This document shows, in pieces, positions 24,363 through 37,800 of a DNA stretch of 64,000 nucleotides. Where the stretch lies: positions 5,720,707 through 5,784,706 of the forward strand of contig OZ037767.1 in the NCBI GenBank assembly GCA_964035545.1, in the 5' to 3' direction. The notes beneath the pieces were generated by a model. The model ran no database searches. It was given only the letters and a program-made list of their open reading frames with translations, and was not told where the DNA came from. This DNA comes from Bugula neritina (lineage: Eukaryota; Animalia; Bryozoa). The first letter of the stretch is position 1, and each line of letters begins with the position of its first letter. Made by a program: the position numbers and the translations under genes.

Positions 24363-27300
24363 CTAGTATGTATCTTCACTATCACTAATAGCTGCTCCTG
24401 GCAATTGCATTGTATCATTGCCAGCAAACTTCCTTTGATTAGTTAACATTGTCGTAACTTGAGAATCAAGAGTATCGGCTAGTAAGAGATCAATGTTATC
24501 ACGTGATCTGATCTCTTGAGTCCTGCCGGCCTCCACATTTCTCCACATATCAGGGCTTTCAGGATTTGACATCTTGAGTGGTGCCAAAATAGAGTCGTCA
24601 GGATTCAAAATGTTTTCTGTATTTTTACTATCTTCTGATATTTTAGTTCCTTCATCTTCACTTACAGTAAACTCTGTTTTATTGCCATCCTCATTGGCTA
24701 ATGAATCTATGGCACATTTCTTAAAACCTAAAGCAGTCGGCTTTGATAACTGAAAAGACTTCCCCCTGTAAACCATTTCAGCGACAAAACTACCATTTCT
24801 AGACAGAGATCCACTGTCACGCTTAGAATAAAGAGACGGTTGCATCTGTTTGGTGACTTTAGAATTGAAGTATTTGGAATTTCGAGCTGTTGAAAGCTTT
24901 GGAGTCCTTACCAAGTCCTCATTGATGGTTTCCTCATTATTACTGGCGACGTTTGGTTCTTTACCAGTAGGATATTCATTCGCTTGTTCTGCAGTAGCTT
25001 GCAGACTATTTTCTACACCTGATGGCACAGCAGCACGCTCATCTCCAGGTTCATGAAAGATTTTTTGCTCATTTGATTGCACACTATTCTGGACCTTTGA
25101 ATTGCTTTCCGAATCTAAGTTTTGTGCCTCGTGCATTTCATTAGATACATTCTGCTGCTGATCAGTGCCGACCTCAAGACCTTCGTGTGCTGCGCTACCC
25201 TTTTTGTCACTTGATGAGCCGAGACTTACTTCAGCATTAGTAACATCGTCTATCACGTCTGCTAACGCAGAAGAATCTCCCACTGCACTACTTTCCTTAA
25301 TTTCCTTAAGGCCATCTTCAAAGTTTTCTTCAACATTGTTCTGTAATTGAAGAGCCTCTTTTTGAGATTCAGACTGGGGAATATCTGACAAAATGCCAGT
25401 TGGTTGTCCAAAATTTTCTTCTGTGTTGTTGGTAAAACTAACGTGTCTTTTTTCAACGGTTTTATGACCTGGCTCTCTTAAAAACTCAGCAAAATTATCC
25501 TGTTTCATAGTAGAATTAATTGCAGAGGCCTCTTTCAGGTTCTCCTTTGTTAGCACATTTTCTGTGTCACTCTTCAGCCCCGTAGTTCCCACCCTTTTCA
25601 TTTCCGTATCAGTTGGCACATCACTCACGGAATTATCTCCTTTTTTCTGCGGTGAATAATGTCCAAGCGCACTTTGTAAAGCCGTTCCAGCTTCTTGGAG
25701 AGTTGAGAACACCTTATCAGCAGCATTCAAAGTGTCAAGGTTTTGTCCTTTACTGTAAGTTGAATCGGTGATGGTCTGAGTAGTGTCCTTGTGCACATCA
25801 TCTTTGGGTTTGGAGTTGTCTGATGACTTTGAGATGGCATTGTTGAGGTTTGTATTCTGAACTGTGGAGGTAGTGTTTTCTCTAGATGTAGTTGGTGGAA
25901 TAGGGGTGTGAGCTACACTCGGTAATTTGTCTTGGGGCGCTTCGGGGGTGTCCTGGATACAGTACAGATCCTCTATTTTATACGCCAGGTCAATACGCCC
26001 ACAATTCATCAGGGCATAGTACAACTTTGGCAGCTGTTCAAAAATAACAATACTTGTATTAATAATGTGAAGTCTCGTTATAACAGAATAACAAAAGTAA
26101 TTTATTAAAAGTTTTTTGATCAGAAAAACTACAGGATACACATTTGATAGTTTGTATCAAAGTCTTACAAAAACACTGAATTGAATATATAATATAATTG
26201 GGACAGCCCACAATTATTTATCAAGTTATCAATAATTGATTTGCAATCTACATAACATAGACTCAACAAACACACATTTTTCATATTCATGTATTTCAAT
26301 GGGAATATTTTTTAGAGATTATTGATCCTTTGTCTCACAAAATTATTTTCACAGTGACCATAAATATATTCTAGGGTTTAAGTATTCAACAAAAACTCGA
26401 GTTGTTAAAATTGCTTAAAGGAGAAGCACTTCAATCACTGTGCAGTTCATAAATTTACATAATGATGGTAAATTAAAGACACCAGTTTATGCCTACCCTC
26501 TCAGCAGTATGGGGTTGCCGTTTTATCCACGTATATAACATGTCTTCCTTTAAGCGTTCAGGGGTAAGTTTGTTGCGTGTTTTCAGTGCCTGTATTCGAC
26601 CTGAAGTAAGTCCCAGATTCTTAGCCAGTACTTCCCATTCTTTACCTACGAATTTGCATGACGTATCAACAAATACCTATACATACTGATGGAGCTTTAG
26701 AAACTACTTTTGAACCTACGTTATCAATGAAAGCTTTTATCTGTATCTTGAAATACATCAAAACATTTGTACAACACATTTTGTTAGACTTTCAACAGAA
26801 AATTCAGAAAAATTAAACTCTGAATATATTCTGAAAAACTGCTTTAATGATTTTCATGTCAATTTGGTGCAAATTGACAAAACTTGCAAAATCTCACTAA
26901 AAATTGTAAAAGACTTACAAAACTATAACAGATATTTAAGAGCACCTGCTATAGCATGTCACCTCATGAGTAATGCAAACTCAACAGCACCTTTAAAAAG
27001 CTAATTTTCATTTTACACACAATTGAGAAAACCAAAGTTTTCAACTCCTGCAAATCCCTTGGTTATTATTATTTGAATCTTTTTTTGATCATAGACAAAT
27101 ACCTTTAGCACACTGAATGAACCATTTACCAAGTTTAGAAGAGAGTATATCTATGGCCTCAACATAAATAGGATATAGCTTGATGGGGAGTGTTCCAGCT
27201 GCAGGGGTTTGTGGTCCAATTTCATATCCCTGAAACACAAACATTGTAACAAATTTACTAAATACTGCAATGAAAAAAATTGACACCAACAAACAATAGG

Positions 27301-30300
27301 TAGAAAAATATTGTATAATAGTTTCGACAATTATACTTTTGAATGCACTATATATACTCTACTTTGAATTTAATTAATTAATTAATTTTAATTTGCTTAT
27401 TGGCGAGAGTTAAGAAACCACGACAGGTTGCTATAGCACGTTATTTAAAATGAGTTATTCTCCAATGAATTTTAGTGCCCTTTTATCTAGTAATAGATAA
27501 TAGTATTGAATTGATAGAAGTATTGACCAGCATCGTTTCACAAGGTGAAATAAAGGTCACAGAGTTTGACCTCTATTATATAAAGTTGATGTAACCTTAG
27601 TGAGTTGTAGCATTAGCTCACAGAGCACACGCTTTCTCTCGGGAAGTTGGTGCAAAGTTGACTTTTTATTCTGATCTAAGTTTATCATGCCTGAGCTGGA
27701 TTTCATAGAACTAATAGCAGGAAAGTGAGAGACGTCATTGTTGAATGGCTTCTCCACATGTTGGATCATACACAACCCCTAAACACAAACATAAATACCA
27801 GTCATAACAATTATAGAATAACATGATTATAATCTTAGTTACACTGACGTTGCAAATATCGCAGTTTATATCATGATAAAGAGTTTACTATTTTAAATAA
27901 CTAAACAGCTTAATTTCAATAACTAAAACATTTTCCCGATAAAATTTCAAACAGCAATTGCAATCGACGGACAATAAAAATTATACAAAGAAAATTTTAA
28001 TTGAAATAAAGAATTTTGAAACAATGTAAAGGTAAAATAAAATCTTGACTATAATTACAGAAAAATAGAGTAAGAGATATTTACTAGCAGCAAGTAGAAT
28101 TACCACGTTAGAAGTTACCGGAAGTGGATGGTGAGTTTAAATGGAGAAGCCGCCGTTAGATTTTGTAAGGCAGCGACATATAAACCTCAACAAAGCCGAA
28201 TATCCATTAGTCCACATGAAGTCATTTAATAATATATAACTGTTATTACTTTTATTATGTTCACGCTCAAACCCCAAACTCCTAAAAAAAATTCTGCCAA
28301 ATGAGTGTGTGCATACGTACTAGGCAAATAGTTTCGAACCAATGGATATTCAGCCCTACTGGCTTTCGTCCCTGATCAACAAACAAAGCCAAGAATCAAC
28401 ACACTGTGTCACTAACAATATGTAAGGAAGATATGATATTTCAACATGATGTTGCAATACCTTATAGAAATCATAATTCTTCTGCAGATGCCTGTCCTGC
28501 TCGGTTATACTAAAGTTGACGTGGCACGGAAGTTGGGAGTTGTAGTGCATCAAAACTTTCTTCCCTCCTTTATGGAACTTCTCATCCAGCTTGACGTTTC
28601 CTCTAAAACCCACGTCAAACACAGCTCCTGTAAGAAATCGTACAGCCTGCATACAAATTCACATAACTGTACATAAGTTTACATAACTGTATAAAAATTC
28701 GCAGAGTTGTATAAAAGCAACCAGAACTGATGTCTGTGAAATCCCAACTTGAAAATTCTCAAAAGATTTATAATGGAAAAGAGTTTGCAATTGAATAGCC
28801 AAACGCATTGTGTACAGAGATTATCTATCAAAGCTGGCCAAGTATCATATTGAATGGACTTTAACAAATCTTGTAACACTTCAAAACAATAAAACACAGC
28901 ATAGCAGACAAAATAAAGAAAGCCAATGAAAATCCTCTGTAGAATGGTTTATGAACTTTTAACTTAAACATATTATTGCACATCCTATAGTGTCAATACT
29001 TTACTCTTGATAACATTAGAAAAACATTTATTTTCAAATCACAAACAATGGAAACACATTCATTTTTGACAAACATAACAAAACTTGGAAACTAACTAAC
29101 TAGTTAAAGTTATAATAAATATTGCCATTATTTCACTTTAATGATCTAAAATGATATAAAAAAAATATTGCATTTACCTTCTTTAATCATCATTTCTTTA
29201 GATTTGGGAGGTCCACTGCTCCCATGAAAGCCCCAACCCTTGTTATACAGCTCCTCGTATTGCCCCTCAAACTTACTCGCATGTACACAATGTACTGTCA
29301 CATCAGAGTGATCCTTCGGGCTACAAAAGAGTAATTCACTCATTCCACCATTTGATAATCCAAGATTTCACTTTCACTTGACCAGTTTGAAACTACTACA
29401 ATCTGCCAGGTGTACACAGATGCTGTTAAGTAATGGTGGAAACTGAATGATATATTGCCTAGCAGCTTTCAAAACACTTAGCTTTTACACACAATATTCA
29501 AAACACCATCCTTCCTCATGTCTAGTAATGGGTCAAGTTTTACTTAAGTTAGTACACACTCGAAATCTCCCGTTTTTACCTATTTTTCACAATTTAGCTG
29601 CTAATGTTTATGCTTTTCTTGCTCAAAAGTAATAAAATATCTATAAGTACAACTAAATAATCAAGGTTCTTTTTAATTTTGCTCAATTCCCCATGTTTAG
29701 CTAATTTTGATTAGCAGACCGCCACGATGACCTTGACATGTCACCACTCTGATTGAGTGAACTCTAAACAGTAGTATACCCATTAGATCTACTTTAAGGT
29801 ACAAAAATTGCTTTTTGTGTGCCTTGAGTTTTTTTAAACATGCGAGTTTAGCTTGAATTGAACTGCTGAAAGTTAAAAATGAAGATTTGGAAACTTATTT
29901 TAAAACAGTTGGCTAAATAATTAAACAAGACTACTGGCCTGGCCTCACCTCTGAATTAAGATAAACCTGACTGGAGAGAGTGACAGCTGGTCATCCAAGG
30001 CACAAACCAACTTCCTGGCATCTGCCGGGGCTACACCCTGTCGACAGCGTAATGCCACAAACCTGTGGAAGTAACATTTACAATATATCGTCTGTATATA
30101 ACAGCACATAACTCGCAATTCACACTTTAGATATAAAGGCATGAAACCTGTGCAGTGGGCGTGTCATTTGAAAGGAAATCAGATCTTTTCTACTCTCCAC
30201 TGGTTGCGAGTCAGTGTACTGAACCCACGAGTCAGCTGACACATCATATGTGAATATAAGAAGTGAGTCATTCTCGTCTTCTACAGACGACAGAGAAAAA

Positions 30301-33300
30301 TGTCAACTTATAAACTGTACCAACATGATTGTTCGCAACACATTGGGCAATGTGCATTGTAACTTTTATCACACTACCACTGTATTATTCAATTTGGTCA
30401 GAAGCCCTTATATCCGAGTAGATCGAAAATCAAATTAATTTTTATTACCGTAGACTGACTTGAAAAAACACGAATAAATTAACATTCAAGATGGCTTAAT
30501 GTATACGTTAGTCCTACAGGAAAAATAATCTAGTGTACGACGTACAATACACTGAGTGGTACATACAACTCAGACTTCTGTATGTAATAACATAGTTATC
30601 TACCTCCATAGACCCCCATATACCACTTTGCCGGTTTCTCTTCATTGTTTGTTTCTTGTCTCCGTTTCTTGTCTCTTTCATTGGCCGATTCAGTCTTTGC
30701 TGACTCAGCTTTAGCTAGCTTCTTAGCTTTGGCCGGATTTGTTGGAATTGGTAGGTTGACCTGCAGAATCAATACACATACTATGTGAATACAAGAATTG
30801 CCAGGAGCGGACAATCCCTCTTTTATTCAACGCAGTTTTGTTCATATTGGTACAAGGCTGTTTGAAGTGTATTAAGTAGGCATACAAGCATCTGATACTG
30901 TAATGTATTATACACTATTAATATATTGCACTGTTTATGTTGGGTGAACGTTGTGTTTTATAAGGTCAAGGTTATTACAGTTCAATAAAGTTATCAGCAT
31001 ATAAACTACTACTAGCTCATGTTCACTCTTGCAACGAATATTTATCCATCACATCTGTAGTCATATTACATCATAGACTGAAGATCATAGTGAATTGGAA
31101 GACCTAAACTTTATGCCACACAAATATAACTAAAAAGCTGATTTAATTATCCTATGCAAGATTTTACCAGGAAAATATTTCTAAAATCAAGAGAAAAAAT
31201 TTCAATACGCATTTCATACCTGGATTCAGGTAATTTCAGACCCAAGAGCTGGCGCACTAGTGGTAATAAAATTAATGTGACAGGAAAAAAATTTGTTTCT
31301 TGAATCATAAATTTTTTGATTTAAGCATCTCGACATTTTTGAAAACCATATATGCAAAATTCAAATTTAAATAGAAAGAAAATAATTTTTTAATTATTTT
31401 CAAGTCATAAGTATGAGAGGTAGTGCAAGAAAAATACGAACAGTTATAGATTTTTTGAAGTTGTGTTCTCCCCAGTTGATAGACACAATATTGCTGGAAC
31501 ACATGAGCATCAGACCATCAGGTACGTTATTCTGTATCCTAGTGACTGCTTGAGTATCTACTGGCTGCACCTAAGATTATTATTAATATTATAACATATA
31601 TTTATTATTTTTAATATTATAATATATTATTATTATTATAAATGTCATTATATAATACTATTTATCACTAATATTTTAATAAATGTTAATATTACAATAA
31701 TTATTATTGTAAATATAAAAATAGTGTCAACTGGAGATAGTAAATGTTACCCAAGGTTATTGGTGCCACTATTTCATGTAAATGCCGTATCTAGCTCATC
31801 GGCTTTACAAATGAATTGTTTTCATAAATTTAGCAAATTTCATGCTAATTTTCAGTACAAAATAAACTTGGAAATAGTTTCAATAAAAATTACCTCAATC
31901 GCAAAATATCGATCTTGGATTGGTTTGATGAAACTTATCAACATATTATCATTATGCAAATCTCCTTACAAAAAGGACACATCAACCTAAAACCATGTAT
32001 TATGAACATTATACCATAAGAGCTTTAAAATAGAATACATACTTGCATCGGAAAACTAACACGACTTCGGAAGCAGCCGTGTTCACACTTGAGACAGAGT
32101 CGCTGGTCTACTGACCACGCATTCCTGCAAGGCTTCTTGTTAAACTTAAGAATGTCCTGTTTAAGTCTGGAGACAACACACGCGTGGCTGGGAACTTTTC
32201 CAGTAAACGTTGCCTCTACGAATCTAACATCCTACAGCAGTAGATCACAGTCTTTTAGCTCAGGTTTTGCAATATCTCAAGTTATATACATGTAAAACAT
32301 TATACTGGTAAAAGCAGTTTTTAAAGCCCTTGATGAAATAATTGCTGCATAGTTTAGACTTGGGCTAAATATAAAGCAAGCTATTCATGGCTGTATAATA
32401 CTTAGTTTACATAAAAAAACACAAATGTATGTAGTGGTTTATTGACATGAATTTATGCAGGTTGGAATAACATATACAGACACAACATAAACAAATTAGT
32501 ATAAAATCTGACTCATTGGAGCACAATTGGAGCTAAATTCAATGCCACTACAACACCTTACATTGTCATGGTCAGTAAACTAGAGTTATCCTACCTTGTA
32601 TTCTTCAACAACGACCTCTTCGGTTTGGAGAGTTACCCAACTGTTATTGTATCTAACTTTAATCACCGGCTCTCGGTAGAGGGCATTGCTCCGTGACAGG
32701 CAGTGTGGTAGAATTATTGTTACATCAACATCCCCCTGAAGTAAATAACTACTAGGATAAAAGTAAACCATTGATACAAAGAGAAACCAACACAGCAAAC
32801 AGAAACTACTACGCAAAGAGAAACTACCTGTAGATATTATACAAAGAGAAACTACCTTTAGAAATACTATACAAAGAAAAACTACCTTTATATATTATAC
32901 AAAGAGAAACTATTTTTAAAGATGCTGCGCAAAGAGAAACTATTTTTAAAGATGCTACGCAAAGAGAAACTATTTTTACCGAAAGAAACTTACAAAAACA
33001 TTCTCGTCTCCAGTATATTTGAAGTTAACGAACTTGCTAATGAGTTCATCATGCCTCTCATAGTTATAAAAAGAGTTGATTTGAGAGGAATTGATGCATT
33101 TGAATAGCTTGTTACCAGTTTTATCCAGTAGGACATTAGTCGGCCCTTGCAAAGCACAGCACACACCTTGAGTGAAATCACCCTTCTGAGAGTATATATC
33201 ATGTGCCTCATAACTACAAGTATTTAAAATAAAACAGCTCATTGTAATAGACCTTTGCAACCATAATATTACATTTTTCTATTATATAATTACAGCTTGT

Positions 33301-34062
33301 TTGTCGATTATTACAATGTATGATAGACGCATTGAAACAAAGTTTGTTTATAAAACTGTTGCACATTACTCTGAACACCTGGTTGGTTTTTTGCATAAAC
33401 AATGTAAATTATAAATTAAAATATATCACAATGATTAGACATGTAAGGACAAAATTTAGAGTCTATAGTGTGTTGAACATACAAGACTCTTTCTATACTC
33501 CTTTGTAACTGGTCGCCCGATGGTTTCAGAATCAGAGAGGTTGCACGGCTGGCAGGAATGGCCATTTTCTAAATACAAAAACTTTTTCATAAAAATAAAG
33601 AGAGAAAATATAAGATAAACAAAAATTACAAATATGTGATGGCCTCACTATAAAAGTTGGTTGAAATCTAAGGCATTCAAAAGTGGAAGCTGATATTCAC
33701 CGAGAATTATTACTAAAGCCTATAAGAGTTTTCTTACAATAAACTGCTTAATTACCAAATTTCTATAGCAAATGATGAAGTGCAAGATGCAGAGTATATA
33801 AAAACACACATTTAACTTTTTCATAGCACCTACCGGCTTTTTAAAACCTATAATGCCGCAAAACAAGCAATAAAATCGCAGTGTTTATGTTGGACAAATT
33901 GTAGGGTTAGTCATGCCCATGCAGGATCACTATTTCTCAGAACACATTCACTAAATCAATTAATTTGAGAAAATTTTGTATGAAGAAAAACTGTACCCAC
34001 TTAGTAGAATAAGTGTAACACCTACAGCACACACTTACCATGTATGAAGGACTAGGAGACAT
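24363..34062 (-). CDS. DTHD1: ZU5/UPA/death-domain protein, DTHD1-like (~1200 aa). Exons 34062-34039 (tentative), 33568-33483, 33213-32994, 32735-32595, 32231-32043, 31570-31442, 30760-30604, 30280-30148, 30062-29949, 29320-29178, 28627-28461, 27778-27596, 27229-27130, 26645-26497, 26033-24363
   Basis: Exons total 3606 nt with consistent phases. ZU5-like VTIILPH...W and VQPVD...SNIVSI...SITVNLPIP; UPA-like EGAVFDVGFRGNV; death-domain signature LSSKLGKEWEVLAKNLGLTSGRIQAL...DMLYTW...LYYALMNCGRIDLA. The DTHD1 name is from recalled architecture; the first exon is uncertain. Confidence 0.78.
32800..32985. repeat. Degenerate ~28-30-bp intronic tandem repeat (CAAAGAGAAACTA core)
   Basis: About six recurrences of CAAAGA(G)AAACTA(CC/TT)T. 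Confidence 0.8.
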
Positions 34063-34899
34063 CAATGATGGAATATACTATCTGAAGCACTCCACTACAC
34101 ATCATTGAACATCAGATGTACTAGTTTGAACCAATATACCACTACTTTACAATTTAATGTATGTCTTGAACTACACTAAGATAAAGGTAGATGCAAGTGC
34201 AGGCTACTATAATGAGCGAATACAACCAACACAAACCGAAGAGGTTAAAGATGTACAGTTCCACTAACAACTTTCAGTAACAAAAGCAATAATTTAGAGT
34301 AGCATCACGTATCTTTAATTCATTTCAATATTAAAAACTAAAACATCATCATTATGTACAAACCACATTTGATTTTAACATAAAAATAAATGCACCGATC
34401 TGTATATACAGCTAAAACAAAGTCTTATATTAATGGTATCAGAAGTAATATATAGAAAATATTGCAATACCAAAAAATGGCCAGATCTAGTATATACTAC
34501 AGTTTGGTATGTGAAAAGGTGTTTAATAAAGACAGTGAAGGCAGGTGACAATGAGCCTGGGACAGTATTGTATGAGAATAGAGTGTGCAGAGACATAACA
34601 CAACCTACCAACTACTTGTTAGCTAATCTAGTTCATAAAATAAATAAATAACAACTCATCTACCTATATGTACAAGGAATATTTTACAAAAAATATTAAA
34701 GACATCATAGAACCAGTCATATTGATTGCATAGCAATAATTATACTAAAGGTAGGCTGTGCATATGACTGCCATCATCTGGTTAAAGAATCATTAGCTAT
34801 AATATGGCAACGAATACTGACAAATCCGCAGGTAATAATTCTGCAGACATACTACCTGCGGATAATATATTTCATTGTATAACTTCCTATAAGTGTCAG

Positions 34900-37800
34900 T
34901 CAATAGGGTGCATGTCGTATGGAGTACTTGCCACGCTGCATCTGAGCTATTAGCAGTTTTACCTTGTTACCATCAGACTTGGTTATGTACACATTCTCAT
35001 CCTCAATACCAGTGATTCTACCACTGTAATAAATAAAATATAAATTATATATAAATATATATATTATACATAATGTTATAATATAATATATATATAATAA
35101 TATAATATTCATACATAAATATATATTTAAACATTATATATAAATAAATAAATATATATAAACATTATATATATAAATATATATCTATATATATATATAT
35201 ATAAACATTATATATATAACACAGCTTAAACAGGTAGACGATACACTACTTTATAGTAATAATGTATATATTCAACAAATATTGCAGTTCATCATATTGA
35301 ACATCAGTTAGAACCTAGTAGTACCATAGCCGTGAACACAGTTACTGTGTAGAAACTACAGCTACAACACTGCTACAGTAGATACTCACTGAACAGGGGA
35401 GTTGTCCTGGTAGTCTATAATAATCCTATGACCTTTACTATAATTTTCACCTTTATACAGCAACCTTCCACCTCTGTACTTTATTATTTTGTCCTTTGCT
35501 GTAGAAACTGTTTGCAAATTAAAGTATATTTATCACATGTTGGAAAGTTCAACTAAAAGACTAAACTTTACTTTTGACCAGACAATTAAAGCAGTGCAAA
35601 AAATATCCAACCATTTTCAAGAGACTTTTGTTTGCTCAGCAACTTAATATGTATATATTGTTGACGTTGCAAACAGAAACTCTGATTCAAATCTTCTACT
35701 ATAGAATAATTCAATATACCTGAGCGAATTACGTGGCCTCTACGCTGAAACTGTTGTTTCTGCTTCACCGCTTTCTTAATCATAGTCCAGTCTTCAATGA
35801 TGTCTGTCTCCTCCAGCATATATATCAATACTGGACGTGCTCAGACGTCAAGGAAACATTGTGGTATATATTAGAATGACAAAGCTTTAACACCAGACTA
35901 TTACTATTGCAATTCATGCAAATTCTGAAATGTCATCTAACAACAATATTTTCAAAATATTATAAACTATGTGCCGCCCTTGTTCATCAACAAACAATGA
36001 GGTAAAAAGGTGATGGAGATAGTGAATATTACGAGTTAAGAAATGCTGAAAAATAAAAGCAAAAAGTGGAAAAGGATATCTGAAATAGGGGTTAGCTTTG
36101 GACGACGAGGCTTTGCAGGAGTCGTTCTTCCTCTCCTTATTTGTGTCTTCTTGGGGAATGCTTGGGATTCCCATAAATCTAAAAATTGCACAACCCAATG
36201 ACATTGTAATCAATGTGAAAATATCAGTCTCAGTTTCTTTAACAATAGTTTTACTAAAACAAGTCAGTTATGACAGAAATTATGAAGAAAAGGCAAGTTG
36301 AGTGAATGAGCTATGGTAAAAAGCACGTGAAATGCATGCATAGCGGCAAGGCAGGCTTAAATGAAAAATACCGGAATGTATGTCCACGTTATGACGATCT
36401 TCTTCCAGTCTTCGAATTTTCTCTTCTAGTTCTGCTCTGACAGAATCATAGAGTAGTCTTTTCTCATTCTCAGTATTCTGATGGGCAGCCAACACTTCAC
36501 TGTCATATTGTACCTGCAGTCACCAGTCAGGGACTATTAGCTACATCAACTCTAGTTACATTTACTCTAGTACCATCAACTCTAGTTATATTTACTCTAG
36601 TACCATCAACTCTAGTTATATTTACTCTAGTACCATCAACTCTAGTTACATTTACTCTAGTACCATCTACTCTAGTTACATTTACTGTAGTTACATCTAC
36701 TCTAGTTACATTTAGGGTAGATGTCCTTTATTCTACTGACATCTATTTAGATTCTTAAACAGCAAAATATTGAAGCACACATAATCCTATATTTTTCTGA
36801 CATTTAAATTTTAATAGCACAAAAAAACTGAATATCACTAAAGATGCGTGTAGCAAATTTTTTTTTAAATTTATGAGAAACTTTTAACTAATCATTTTTT
36901 CACCATTTACTTTTGAGGATCTATATCAAAGAAAGCAAAAAGTTTCAGAGTTGAATAGGCATCGACATGAAGAGTATCAAACAACAAAATTAGTTTAAAA
37001 GATAAAATATTTTCAAAACAAAGACTTTGTGAAATCATTTAAAAGTTTAAACTATTTGGTTGTAATTAGGGTATGTTGAGTGAAGATGGGTACAGACTGT
37101 TTATATTAACTTCAGTGAGAAACTTGAGCCTAGATATACAATAAAAAATTCAACAAGTTTTAAATTTAGAGTTTTGTCAGATTAGCCTCTGCGAAGACAG
37201 CTAACTGCAACAACTAGTTAAAATTTCTAACCAGACCAAATTTGCTATAAATTTAACAGACAGTAGCCGAACCTCTACAAGTTTTAGCCTGAGATCTTTG
37301 AGAATATCACAAATTTTTAAAGCTTGCTTGTAATCTTCATTGAGTTGTTTGATTGGTTGAAGGTACTCCTGAGCCGTTTCCTCTTTTAGTGCGTCAAGCT
37401 TATTATCTATTTTTTTCATTTTCTCCTCATACAGCCTAAAATTTCACGTTAAAAACTTTATAATGTCCACTACTTACTGCATTGACTGACTTTAGATGAA
37501 ATGCGATGTTTTAATAACACTTATATATATATAGTTATAGCTTTAAAGACATATTGAATAAATTTTTTACTATTTTATCTTTATAAAAAAAATATACTAA
37601 ACTTCAAGCAGTTTATGAACACAAACTGCTTATAACGAACAACATAAATGTACAATTACTGTAATGTAACTTACAAATTTTTGACGAGTTGAAAAGCTTG
37701 CTCTAATTCCTGCCCATCAGCAATACACTCGCTCTTTCTGTGTTCTATTGTAAACTCGTCAACTTCTACATTGAAACAAACAAGGGCTCAAAATTGTAGT

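Noticed and set aside
26034-26141. N-terminus of the 592-aa ORF as a stand-alone gene
   Set aside because: This part is intronic; the exon begins after the acceptor at 26034 and continues the death domain from the upstream exon.
35914-36079. Read-through of BRMS1L exon 5 or a GT-AG intron
   Set aside because: Only the AT-AC sites with U12 consensus restore the conserved SGP..YML sequence.
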